From a virus (taxonomy: Duplodnaviria; Heunggongvirae; Uroviricota; Caudoviricetes): 64,000 nt of DNA. The position numbers and the translations under genes are program-made. The notes below the pieces were generated by a model. That model made no database searches and was not told the origin of the DNA. It saw nothing but the letters and a program-made list of their open reading frames with translations. Shown here in pieces: positions 26,256 through 35,881 of the stretch. Within the stretch, counting starts at the first letter, position 1. Each line of letters begins with the position of its first letter. Location of the stretch: the IMG/VR virus record IMGVR_UViG_3300031413_000001; one strand, 5' to 3'.

Positions 26256-28613
26256 ATGTCCTTGGATAATTTCGATCCAACAAAGGCTCAGGAAGTCTTT
26301 GAACGTGCTTCGCAGATTGCGGAGCGACACGACCACGAATACGTGACACTTGAGCATCTTCTTGCCAGTGTCATGCAGGATCCCAAGGTTCTGGAAACCC
26401 TTCAGGAAATTGGCGCCAACACTTCTGACCTTTCGGCGGACTTGTTGGCTCACTTCAAGACGGATCTTCTGGGCAAAGGCAACGGACGTGCGCCTCGCCA
26501 GACGCAGCCACTGGCTCGCGTTGTCAACAGGGTGGTCGCTCAGTGCTTTTTCAGTGGTCGAATGGACATTCGCCCCATTGACATCCTGATCTCCATCTTG
26601 AACGAAAAGGATGAGAACAGTCACGCTTGCTATTTTCTGGCAAAGCAGGGCGTTGAACTTCTGGACGTAAAGCTGGCAGTCAGCCACGACAGCGATCTCG
26701 ATGATGACGAGCCCACGGTCAAGGAAGTCGACGAAAACGGCAACGAGATTCCCGAGGAAGAGGGCAAGGTCCGCAAGACCAAGGCCGAGCGTCTTCTCGA
26801 GAAGTTCTGCGTGAACTTGAACGAGGCTGCACTGGCCGGCAAAATCGACCCACTGATTGGTCGCGAGTCGGAAGTTGCCACGCTGGTGTTGACGACTGCT
26901 CGTCGCACGAAGAACAACGTGGTGCTGGTCGGTGAGCCGGGCGTTGGTAAGACCGCAGTAGTCGAGGGTCTGGCCAAGATGATTGCAGAGGAGCAGGTTC
27001 CCGACGCGATCAAGGGCAGCATCGTTTACTCGCTGGAAATCGGCGCACTGATGGCAGGCACCAAGTTCCGTGGTGACATGGAAGAGCGCGTCAAGCAGAT
27101 CATCGATGCAGTGGAAAAGGTTGGCGAAGAGAAGGGTATCCTGCCCATCTTGTTCATCGACGAAATCCACACCATCATGGGCGCAGGCGCTGGTTCATCG
27201 GGTGCCCTGGACGTTGCCAACTTGCTCAAGCCCGCGCTGGCCAAGGGAAAGCTTCGCTGCATCGGCGGAACAACCTACGAGGAATATCGTAAGCACTTTG
27301 AAAAGGACCGGGCTCTGCTCCGTCGTTTCCAGAAGCTGGATGTTCTGGAGCCCAGCATCGAGGACGCCAAGCGGATCTTGATTGGTCTCAGCAAGGTCTA
27401 TCAGGACTACCACGGCGTTACCTACGATGTGGACGCCCTGGAAGCCGCAGTGGACTTGACTGCCCGCTACGTCACGGACCGGATGCTTCCTGACAAGGCC
27501 ATCGACGTCATCGACGCCGCTGGTGCTCGACAGAAGATTGCCCCCGAGGCAGACCGGAAGCTGATCATCGACACGCTTCTCATCGAACAGGAAGTCTCGA
27601 GGATTGCAAAGATCCCCGCACGGACGGTTCATGAGGATGAGACCGACAAGCTGGCTCACCTGAAGAGTGATCTGCTGAAGGCAGTGTTTGGTCAGGACAC
27701 CGCAGTGGAGACCGTTGACAATGCGGTCATCCTGAGCCGTGCTGGTCTCCGTGACCCCAACAGGCCACAGGGCAACTACTTGTTCGCTGGTCCAACGGGT
27801 GTTGGCAAGACGGAACTTGCCAAGCAATTGGCGTCCACGCTGAGCATTCCTCTCCATCGCTTTGATATGAGCGAGTACTTGGAAAGCCACAGCATCAGCA
27901 AGTTCATCGGTTCGCCTCCGGGCTACGTGGGCTTTGGCGACGGTCAGGCTGGTTCGGGTCTTCTGGCAAACGCCATCGAGGGAAGCCCACACAGCATTCT
28001 CTTGTTGGACGAAATGGAGAAGGCGCATCCAGACATCTTCAACATTTTCCTGCAGATCATGGACAACGGTGAGTTCACGACCAGCGCAGGCAAGAAGATC
28101 AACTGTCGCAACCTGATCCTGATCATGACCACCAATGCTGGTGCCAAAGAACTTCAGAAGAACAGCTTGGGCTTTGGGGGCAACAGTGTGGCGGGCAATG
28201 ATGACAAGGTCATCGAGAGCACGTTCACTCCGGAGTTCCGCAACCGCCTGGACGCCATCGTCAAGTTCAATGCGCTGAAGAGCGAGAACATGATCTTGAT
28301 CGTGGACAAGTTCATCGGTCAGCTGAACGCAATGGCCAAGCTGAAGAACGTTCAGATCATGCTCAGCGACAAGGCCCGCGAGTACCTGGCAGTCAAGGGA
28401 TACGATCCCAAGATGGGTGCGCGTCCTCTGAATCGACTGATTCAGAATGAGCTGTCCCAGCCACTGAGCCGCGCAATGCTGTTCGGTGATCTGAAGAACG
28501 GTGGTACTGCGATGGTCGACGCCGACGAGGGCGCACTGATCGTCCAGACGTTCCCCACCCCTCCGGCAACCCCGGAAGTCGTAGCTGAGTTTGCTGCCGA
28601 CACCGCTGCCTAA
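26256..28613 (+). CDS. clpA: ATP-dependent Clp protease ATP-binding subunit ClpA
   Basis: HEYVTLEHLL N-domain, GEPGVGKT, FIDEIH, GPTGVGKT, LLDEMEKAHPD, SLGF ClpP-docking loop, no ClpB middle domain. Confidence 0.95.
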   Translation: MSLDNFDPTKAQEVFERASQIAERHDHEYVTLEHLLASVMQDPKVLETLQEIGANTSDLSADLLAHFKTDLLGKGNGRAPRQTQPLARVVNRVVAQCFFSGRMDIRPIDILISILNEKDENSHACYFLAKQGVELLDVKLAVSHDSDLDDDEPTVKEVDENGNEIPEEEGKVRKTKAERLLEKFCVNLNEAALAGKIDPLIGRESEVATLVLTTARRTKNNVVLVGEPGVGKTAVVEGLAKMIAEEQVPDAIKGSIVYSLEIGALMAGTKFRGDMEERVKQIIDAVEKVGEEKGILPILFIDEIHTIMGAGAGSSGALDVANLLKPALAKGKLRCIGGTTYEEYRKHFEKDRALLRRFQKLDVLEPSIEDAKRILIGLSKVYQDYHGVTYDVDALEAAVDLTARYVTDRMLPDKAIDVIDAAGARQKIAPEADRKLIIDTLLIEQEVSRIAKIPARTVHEDETDKLAHLKSDLLKAVFGQDTAVETVDNAVILSRAGLRDPNRPQGNYLFAGPTGVGKTELAKQLASTLSIPLHRFDMSEYLESHSISKFIGSPPGYVGFGDGQAGSGLLANAIEGSPHSILLLDEMEKAHPDIFNIFLQIMDNGEFTTSAGKKINCRNLILIMTTNAGAKELQKNSLGFGGNSVAGNDDKVIESTFTPEFRNRLDAIVKFNALKSENMILIVDKFIGQLNAMAKLKNVQIMLSDKAREYLAVKGYDPKMGARPLNRLIQNELSQPLSRAMLFGDLKNGGTAMVDADEGALIVQTFPTPPATPEVVAEFAADTAA

Positions 28614-28620
28614 CTGAAGA

Positions 28621-28653
28621 GCACCAGAGTACAAATAATATGTACTCTGGTGC
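28621..28653 (+). terminator. 13-bp perfect hairpin after clpA
   Basis: GCACCAGAGTACA-aataata-TGTACTCTGGTGC. Confidence 0.65.
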
Positions 28654-28782
28654 ACCTTTGGTGTTGACTTCCCCCTACATTATGTTAAATCAGTCATAGC
28701 AGATACTTCTGCTGTTCAGCTTTGAACGACCAAGATCGAAATGACGTTCCTGCGATCGGACCGTTACTAGGAGTCGTTTCGA

Positions 28783-29142
28783 ATGGACAGCAAGCTCGCA
28801 GAAGCTCTAATTGCACGTAATCTACTTCCCGCGGGAACAGAAGTTCGCGCCAAGCATCTAGCTATGGGGTTGGGCTCTGTGAACAACGTTATGGTAAGCA
28901 GCGATTTTTCGATCGCTGGGCACAAGATCAAGGAAGATGGCAGCATTGTATTCCGGCTGGCAGATCTTCGCAGTGGTGCTCCCAGCAACGTTGATGCCGA
29001 GGCTATCGAGGACATTGACGGAATGGATCCGGTCCGCTATGCAGCGGTTTGGGATATCACTAGCGATGGTGGTAAGGCAGTGGTCGGCAAGCGTCGTGGT
29101 CGCAAGCCCAAGGACCGCAGCATTAAGATTGAGGCCGAATAA
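28783..29142 (+). CDS. hypothetical phage protein
   Basis: AGGAG RBS; basic GKRRGRKPK tail. Confidence 0.7.
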   Translation: MDSKLAEALIARNLLPAGTEVRAKHLAMGLGSVNNVMVSSDFSIAGHKIKEDGSIVFRLADLRSGAPSNVDAEAIEDIDGMDPVRYAAVWDITSDGGKAVVGKRRGRKPKDRSIKIEAE

Positions 29143-29143
29143 G

Positions 29144-29254
29144 ATGGACGTGTTTATCAAGGCCATTGCCATTCTAGTAACAGTGGGCGCTCTAGCCATA
29201 TTTGGACTGGCACTTGTGACCTTGATAGCAGCTTTGAGGTTGGCACTCGGATGA
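29144..29254 (+). CDS. small membrane peptide
   Basis: MDVFIKAIAILVTVGALAIFGLALVTLIAALRLALG. Confidence 0.5.
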   Translation: MDVFIKAIAILVTVGALAIFGLALVTLIAALRLALG

Positions 29255-29478
29255 GCAATGTAGTGGAATTCCAATCCCCAACTCAGCTACGCAAGATGCT
29301 GGCTGACAGGGACGAGGAGGTTGCCCGGCTAAAGGCAGAGGTCGTAGCCGTAACTGGAACCAAGGAAATGCTCAAGCTACAGATCTTGGATCTACAGGAT
29401 CAGATGCAGGGCATGGTCGATCAGATGGGGCAAATCCAACGCAATCTTAGCAGCTTGATGAGCAAGTTGGACTCCTAA
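29251..29478 (+). CDS. coiled-coil hypothetical protein
   Basis: Heptad pattern; ATGA coupling. Confidence 0.6.
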   Translation: MSNVVEFQSPTQLRKMLADRDEEVARLKAEVVAVTGTKEMLKLQILDLQDQMQGMVDQMGQIQRNLSSLMSKLDS

Positions 29479-29514
29479 CTGGTAAATAACATACCAGTTA
29501 ATAGGAGGCCCAAC

Positions 29515-29694
29515 ATGGCTCAGATTCACGAAGAAGTTGTCGCTATCAAGGTCAGCAAGTTGCTCAAGGATGGCGAGCAGCAAGAGATCGTCCTCAACGA
29601 GGATATGAAGACTGCTCTGGCACAGATCGTCGAACAGTTCTTGAACGAAGTAGACGCCAAGTTGTTAATTGAGGTTCTCGATCTGGGGGAGTAA
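29515..29694 (+). CDS. 59-aa protein MAQIHEEVVAIKVSKLLKD... (absent from the ORF track)
   Basis: AGGAGG RBS, TAAATA upstream, clean frame to TAA. Confidence 0.7.
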   Translation: MAQIHEEVVAIKVSKLLKDGEQQEIVLNEDMKTALAQIVEQFLNEVDAKLLIEVLDLGE

Positions 29695-29701
29695 ATCTCC
29701 C

Positions 29702-30085
29702 CTATTCCCTCCAGTTAATCTGCTTTTCAACTTCCCCAATCCACTCCAAGATCCTTTCGCGATCGTAGGTTTCCTTGCTCCAGTCCATGGCAGTACGGAT
29801 GCCCTTTAACACACTGAAGGCCTCGCGGTCTTTCATGAGCTCTACGCTTAGGCCAATGCACAAAAGCAGGGTCTCGGCGTGGAGCTCTTCCCATTTACGG
29901 GCTGCAAGATGGATGCTGGCACCAAAGACAGCTTTTGTGGCGATCGTATAGAACCCCTCAACTGTCATAGGGTACCCATGTATAAAGACGAATGTCTTAC
30001 TATCATGCTGGGCGACTACGGGGCGTCCTGATAGTTTGCTGGTGATAGCGTGGCTTCGAACAAACTTCTGCAACTCTTCGCTCAT
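29702..30085 (-). CDS. hypothetical protein
   Basis: ATGA-coupled to the upstream nucleotidyltransferase. Confidence 0.6.
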   Translation of the reverse strand: MSEELQKFVRSHAITSKLSGRPVVAQHDSKTFVFIHGYPMTVEGFYTIATKAVFGASIHLAARKWEELHAETLLLCIGLSVELMKDREAFSVLKGIRTAMDWSKETYDRERILEWIGEVEKQINWRE

Positions 30086-30903
30086 GCTGGCAACTCCAAT
30101 CCCAATTTTGCTGCGGCCTTCTGAAGCGCCTTGCTGTCAAAGACCTTGGTGTCCATGATCTCTTCAACCTTGGCATCATGATCGTAGTTGGCCGTTGGTC
30201 GCTCATTGTCAAAGATTGCATGGGCTCCAACGATATCCAGACCTGACTCCGTGATGGTTGTGAACAACCCGGGTTCAGGCAGGAAGCCGTGGTTGATGTA
30301 CTTTACCATTCGTCCCACGACCGTCAGCTTGCTGACACGTCCCACTTGCGCGAGACGAAGGACACCAGCGTTGATGTCCTCAAGTGCAGTCTGGGTATAG
30401 GCAATCCGCTTTCCATCGGTTGCTACCTGGCAGACCGAAAAGTCAAAGTCGCCAAACAGTTCACCCAAATCCTTGTAGAACTTTCGCTTGATGATCTGCA
30501 CCTTCAAGCCGTTGACCATAAAGGTTCGTGCTTTTCCACTGGAGTGAACCAGTTCATAGCTGGATAGAACCTTGTCAAACTTCAACCAGTCCCCTGCATC
30601 GGTAAAGAAGAGATCAACATCGCCATCATCAATGGCCTTTCCCTGAAGGATGCGACGAACCGCTCCTCCTGCGAGAAAGGGACCAAACTTCAAACTCAGC
30701 GGGGGCATGAGTTCCATGAGTTCTCTGAGCTGCTCCGTTCCCGGACCCTCTTCCATTTCCCTGTACTGATGAGGTGCGGGCGGCATGGTGTAAACCTGCG
30801 GTCCCTCCTCTGCATCAGCAAAGATACTGGGCATAGTAGAGGCAGTCCAGCTGGCTCCTGCGGATCGCGCTTTGATGCGCTGGATGATGTTTGCTGCGTT
30901 CAT
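30082..30903 (-). CDS. CCA/poly(A)-polymerase-head-like nucleotidyltransferase
   Basis: FLAGGAVRR...GDVDLFF...VQII...FDFSVCQ. Confidence 0.75.
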   Translation of the reverse strand: MNAANIIQRIKARSAGASWTASTMPSIFADAEEGPQVYTMPPAPHQYREMEEGPGTEQLRELMELMPPLSLKFGPFLAGGAVRRILQGKAIDDGDVDLFFTDAGDWLKFDKVLSSYELVHSSGKARTFMVNGLKVQIIKRKFYKDLGELFGDFDFSVCQVATDGKRIAYTQTALEDINAGVLRLAQVGRVSKLTVVGRMVKYINHGFLPEPGLFTTITESGLDIVGAHAIFDNERPTANYDHDAKVEEIMDTKVFDSKALQKAAAKLGLELPA

Positions 30904-30975
30904 AGTTCTGGATTATGTGGTCTGCTTTCTGTTTGTCACTATTGATTAAATAGGTTGAGCAAATAGGAGCACTCA

Positions 30976-31404
30976 ATGACCAACACAGTTCTGATGATGG
31001 GCAACAGCCAGGAACACGCCAACCTAGCTGGCGATCCAGTAAAAGCTGATGGCTGGTATGGCCATACTGATGGTCTCCACACAGTGGTTGTTCAGGTGGT
31101 CAACTTCACTGGTCGCATCTACATTGAAGCATCCTTGGAACTGGACCCAGGAGCAACTGATTGGTTTCCAATTGAGTTGACCAAGGGGCAGAGCTGGATT
31201 GAATTCCCTCTGATCTCTCAGAAGCCCACAGGTGATTATGAGAGCGGTGGAGACACCAAGACGGTTGGCTTCACATTCAAGATCAACGCGCTGTGGCTTC
31301 GTGCTCGATTGGATCGAGATTACCTGAACACGCTTCTCTATGACAATGACTCCCAGGCCCTGGCCGATCTGGGCAACGTCAAGAAGATCACATTGGCCCG
31401 CTAA
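30976..31404 (+). CDS. probable virion protein
   Basis: Beta-rich; TAAATA upstream; first gene of the tail-fibre block. Confidence 0.6.
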   Translation: MTNTVLMMGNSQEHANLAGDPVKADGWYGHTDGLHTVVVQVVNFTGRIYIEASLELDPGATDWFPIELTKGQSWIEFPLISQKPTGDYESGGDTKTVGFTFKINALWLRARLDRDYLNTLLYDNDSQALADLGNVKKITLAR

Positions 31405-31463
31405 CCCAGGGCTTCCAATATGGGCTAAATATCAAGAACCCCCATAACTGAGGATGACCAAAC

Positions 31464-34400
31464 ATGGCAGACAAGTCAGGACCCACTCCCAACAAGCCTG
31501 GAACTTACCTACCAGTTCCTGGTCAGCCTACGAGCAAGGATCCAACCAACAACGACGCGGCCAATGAGTCGAAGATCGGAAATCAGAACGCCACAACCAG
31601 CGAACCTGGCGCAACTTCCAATGACATTAGGGTCGAGCAGACTGCCAATGATGGAAAGCGTTATTTTGCCGCTGGAAAGCTGTCCGATGAGACTCCCGTA
31701 CTTGGTAGCGGTGGTGTAGCCACTGTCGTTGGTCCTCCTGGACCCAAGGGTGATACTGGTCCCAAGGGTGACAAGGGTGACCAAGGATTCACTGGCGTCA
31801 CTGGTGCAGATGGCCCTGCTGGTCCACGAGGACCCAAGGGTGAGAATGGCTCCACCGGTGCAACTGGTCCTGCTGGCGCCAAGGGCGACAAAGGTGAAAA
31901 GGGCGATAAGGGAGACAAGGGCGATACTGGTGCCCAGGGTCCCGCAGGTGCGTCGGGCAACGGCGCGGCTGTAATTGTCGCTGAACGAAACTACGATGAA
32001 AACGGCGGATACGTTGACACCCCAGCGATCAATCCAACAGCTCGCATTGCCTTCACTGGCGCGGGCGTTGAGGTCCTGACTGAGGACGCGCATGTTTCCA
32101 CGGCAGTGGTTCACATTCCAGGATTGGAAGTTCGCCAGGCAACCATTGATCCCACAAGCCAGCCACCAGGTCTGGTCTATGACGATGCGCTGGAAACCTC
32201 GTCGCTTACCTTTGTGGGTGGTGCGTTGGTTCAGGCCAACCCCGATGATGAATACGACACGGTGGTTTTTGTCAGCACCAAAGTTACTGGTCCTGCTGGA
32301 GGCTCGCTTCCCAACTTTCCAATGAATGTTTCCAACGCTGGCTACAATGAGGTCAACGCTTGGAACTTTAACTTTGGTCCAGGCTTCATGGTTGCTCCTG
32401 GTCAGAATCCAGGCGACGTCTTCATTGATCTTGATGGCGCCGGCGGTGACGGTGGCGGCTCACAGCCAGTTCTGATCAAGCCCGGTGAAGTTGGCGGACA
32501 GCGTTTTCCAATTGGTGAATTGACCATTGGTGATGGTCTGGATATTGGCTTCCCATATGGCTATCAGGATCAGAATGGCGACTATCAGCAGGGTCCTCTG
32601 GTTCTTCAAAGCGAAGGAACAGAACTCTGGGGATGGAACCCTGGCATCAACGGCGGTCAGGGTGGCTTCATTGACTACGGCTATCAGAGGCAGATGCGCT
32701 TTCAGGCTGGTGATGGCATCCAGCTGGACTATCAGGACAGCAATGAAGATGGTCAGTATGGTCAAAAGAAGATCGTCATCAGTGCAACTGGTGGCGGTGG
32801 CGGTGCCGGTTCGGTTGGCCCTACTGGTCCACAAGGTCCTGCTGGTCCCACTGGTCCACAAGGCGAGAAAGGCGATACTGGACCTGCAGGTCTAGACAGG
32901 CAGCCTGCTACGGTTGTTGGCCCGAACGGCCAAGACCCAATTACAGGTGTTAATCGTTTTAGCTTTGGCACTGGATTCAATGTTTCCAGCAGCGCAGTAA
33001 CCGGCGAAGCTGTCATCAACTTCACGGGTGGATCAAGTGGTGGCACGGCTGCACCACTCCGAATTTGGACTCGCAACGGTGATATTCAGGTTGCTAATGA
33101 TGTCACACAAATTGGACTTGATGGCCTCGTTTTGAAGCCTACAAGCGGACAGAACTATCCAACTCTTACTTGGCCAGGTCTATACGTTAATGTCTATAGT
33201 CCTAGTCTTGGCGGATATATTCCCAGTCAGAGTACTCAGACGTCGATTTATTTCAAGGCTGGTACTGGTATTTCGCTTGAAGCGACAACAGCTTATACCA
33301 ACCAACGAGTGGTTACTATCAATTCAACGGTAACTGGTACTCAGGGTGCCACAGGCGCTACTGGTGCTACTGGTGCTACAGGTGCCATCGGCCCTCAGGG
33401 TCCTGCTGGTCCTACTGGTGCCGCAGGCCCCAAGGGTGATACTGGCCCAGCTGGCACCAATGGCACCAATGGCAGTTATGTGTCTTCCGCAGACGTTGTA
33501 AGTGATTCCTTGGTCCTCACAATGAGCGACAACACCAAGGTCAATGTCAGCGGTACTGTTCGTGGTTCCAAGGGCGATACTGGTGAACAAGGCCCTGCAG
33601 GAACTGCCGGTGCAACTGGTGCCGTTGGCCCAGCTGGTCGAAATGTTGTTGGTGCTGCGGTAACCAACTCTCACTTGATCCTTGCAATGAGCGACAGCAC
33701 CAACATTGATGCCGGTAATATCACTGGCCCCAAGGGTGATACTGGTGCAAAGGGCGACACAGGATCGCAGGGACCAACTGGCGCAACTGGACCCAAGGGT
33801 GATACTGGCGCAAGCGGTCGTGGTATCGTTTCGGCAGTTATCAACGCTGAAGGAAACTTGGTTGTTGATTACTCCGATAGCACGTCATCTATCGCTGGTA
33901 AGGCTCGCGGTGACAAGGGTGATACTGGTGCAAAGGGTGATACCGGTGCAAGTGGTCCAGCAGGTCGAAGCGTAACTTCGGCAAGCATCAACCAGACCAC
34001 GGGTGACTTGACACTGGCTCTGAGCGATGGAACGTCGGTCAATGCTGGCAACTCCAAGGGAACCGCAGGACGTGGTGTAACCAACGCCGCTATTGATGGC
34101 AATGGCAAGCTGATCGTTACCTACACGGATGGTGCCACTGTTGATGCAGGTCAGGCACGCGGACTAAAGGGTGATACAGGATCCACAGGTGCCACTGGCC
34201 CAGCTGGTGAGACCGGTCCCGCAGGCGTTGCTGGTCCACAGGGAGTCAAGGGTGACAAGGGTGATACTGGCACGGCTGGTACGAACGGAAACATCACGGC
34301 AGTTCAAAGCAGTGGTGCAACGACTAAAGCTAATCCAACGTTCATCAACTTCACCGGCACTGGCGTAACGGTCAATGCAAGTGGTACTGGTGTTGATGTT

Positions 34401-34766
34401 AATATCGCTGCTGGGTCAGGTGGTTCAGGTGGTTCGGGTGGAGGAAACGCCAACGTACTCAGCTTCGTAGCTAACTTTGATAGCAGCGGTGCGCTGTCAA
34501 CAGTAGAGGGTGCATCTGCTGGTATGACTGTGACCAAAACTGGTACCAACTCAGTTGATGTCACTTATACGGCTCCTCTGGGATATCCAGGTATCGTTGG
34601 ATGTTTTGGTACCAACGGATCCACCGGGGTTACTACGTGGAAGGTATCCCCTGGTTTTACAGTTACAGTTGCGGCCGCTGGCAGCTTCTCAATGACAAAC
34701 GTTGCAGCAACACAATCAGGCGCAACGCCAAACGGTAAGGCACGTATCAGCTTCACTATGGTATAA
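31464..34766 (+). CDS. collagen-like tail fibre protein
   Basis: Multiple Gly-X-Y runs (GPKGDTG, GATG) alternating with 'GR.V..A.I...G.L.v.ySDg' knob repeats. Confidence 0.85.
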   Translation: MADKSGPTPNKPGTYLPVPGQPTSKDPTNNDAANESKIGNQNATTSEPGATSNDIRVEQTANDGKRYFAAGKLSDETPVLGSGGVATVVGPPGPKGDTGPKGDKGDQGFTGVTGADGPAGPRGPKGENGSTGATGPAGAKGDKGEKGDKGDKGDTGAQGPAGASGNGAAVIVAERNYDENGGYVDTPAINPTARIAFTGAGVEVLTEDAHVSTAVVHIPGLEVRQATIDPTSQPPGLVYDDALETSSLTFVGGALVQANPDDEYDTVVFVSTKVTGPAGGSLPNFPMNVSNAGYNEVNAWNFNFGPGFMVAPGQNPGDVFIDLDGAGGDGGGSQPVLIKPGEVGGQRFPIGELTIGDGLDIGFPYGYQDQNGDYQQGPLVLQSEGTELWGWNPGINGGQGGFIDYGYQRQMRFQAGDGIQLDYQDSNEDGQYGQKKIVISATGGGGGAGSVGPTGPQGPAGPTGPQGEKGDTGPAGLDRQPATVVGPNGQDPITGVNRFSFGTGFNVSSSAVTGEAVINFTGGSSGGTAAPLRIWTRNGDIQVANDVTQIGLDGLVLKPTSGQNYPTLTWPGLYVNVYSPSLGGYIPSQSTQTSIYFKAGTGISLEATTAYTNQRVVTINSTVTGTQGATGATGATGATGAIGPQGPAGPTGAAGPKGDTGPAGTNGTNGSYVSSADVVSDSLVLTMSDNTKVNVSGTVRGSKGDTGEQGPAGTAGATGAVGPAGRNVVGAAVTNSHLILAMSDSTNIDAGNITGPKGDTGAKGDTGSQGPTGATGPKGDTGASGRGIVSAVINAEGNLVVDYSDSTSSIAGKARGDKGDTGAKGDTGASGPAGRSVTSASINQTTGDLTLALSDGTSVNAGNSKGTAGRGVTNAAIDGNGKLIVTYTDGATVDAGQARGLKGDTGSTGATGPAGETGPAGVAGPQGVKGDKGDTGTAGTNGNITAVQSSGATTKANPTFINFTGTGVTVNASGTGVDVNIAAGSGGSGGSGGGNANVLSFVANFDSSGALSTVEGASAGMTVTKTGTNSVDVTYTAPLGYPGIVGCFGTNGSTGVTTWKVSPGFTVTVAAAGSFSMTNVAATQSGATPNGKARISFTMV

Positions 34767-34776
34767 GGAGACGTAG

Positions 34777-35856
34777 ATGGCCATTGCTCCGACATTCCTA
34801 CCTAAGGCAACCTTCGCAGTGTATGAAGAAACTGCCCTCTGGGATGAAGATGATAACTCAGGCGACCCTTATTTGGGGGTCGCCTACCAGTGGAGGGTGA
34901 CTTTTGATGTCACTCCCCAACAGCACTCCAGTCATATTACTCTGACTGCCAACTATTATACAGGCTCAGATGTTCGAATCGGCGACTGGTACTCAAGTGG
35001 AATCAATGGTAAAGCTGTTCTAGTCCGCGAGATCGAATCACAGAACGACTTTTCCGTTACAGCAATCGTGGAAGATTACGAGCGTTGGAATTTGTTCTCT
35101 GATCCCAATCTGCAGGGTTATGGTATGGTGGATTATGGGGCAGGATTCTTTTTCCGATTGAATGCTGATGGCTTCCCTATTCTGGGACCAATCGAAGAAT
35201 TCTACCTCTCCTCCAAATCAATTGAAGATCTCGAAGCACGTTTCATGGCTCGAAATGGCGCTCGAGACTTTGTTCTAGTCCGTCAGGTAAACCATGGATT
35301 CTTTCCCGGCGATGTGATTTATGCTGACTCAGTAGCCGATACCGGATATAAGAAAGTGGATAGAAACAACATTCAGAAAGCACTTGGCATCGTCACAGAA
35401 ATCAACGTGCCTGGACTCTATTACTTCAGCTATCGCCCTCTTGGACGCCTGATCAACAATGTGAATCCACCCCTGTGGGGACAACATGGTGACACATACT
35501 ATCTGGACCCCAATGAACCAGGTGCGCTGACCATTGATAAGCCAGCCCTGAATGCTATTCCAGTTTACTTTCAGCTAGACCTTCCTACCCGCGCCATTCA
35601 GCTTGAGCGCGGTATTGAAGTTGCCCAGAAGTCTCAGAGTGAAACCAATAAATACGACGTAGAGAATGTGGCTTCCGGTCAGACCACGTTCACATTACCA
35701 AGTGATGCCAAAGAGGTTCTCTACATGGCGATCAATGGTATTGAAAACGAGAACTTTACTTTTGACACCGGGTCAAAGGTATTGGTATTCGACCCCGTAG
35801 AAACCGGTTACGGTGTCGATGTAGATGATGAAGTATTCTTCATGTACAAATCCTAA
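34777..35856 (+). CDS. probable virion or tail-associated protein
   Basis: Lies between fibre genes; C-terminal GQTTFTLP...INGI module related to the next gene's C-terminus. Confidence 0.65.
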   Translation: MAIAPTFLPKATFAVYEETALWDEDDNSGDPYLGVAYQWRVTFDVTPQQHSSHITLTANYYTGSDVRIGDWYSSGINGKAVLVREIESQNDFSVTAIVEDYERWNLFSDPNLQGYGMVDYGAGFFFRLNADGFPILGPIEEFYLSSKSIEDLEARFMARNGARDFVLVRQVNHGFFPGDVIYADSVADTGYKKVDRNNIQKALGIVTEINVPGLYYFSYRPLGRLINNVNPPLWGQHGDTYYLDPNEPGALTIDKPALNAIPVYFQLDLPTRAIQLERGIEVAQKSQSETNKYDVENVASGQTTFTLPSDAKEVLYMAINGIENENFTFDTGSKVLVFDPVETGYGVDVDDEVFFMYKS

Positions 35857-35881
35857 GTTGATCAACGAGGAGAAGATATAA

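Noticed and set aside
31730-34290. Many near-identical short DNA repeats (aagggtgatactgg and similar)
   Set aside because: They encode collagen Gly-X-Y triplets; they are not a CRISPR array or DGR repeats.
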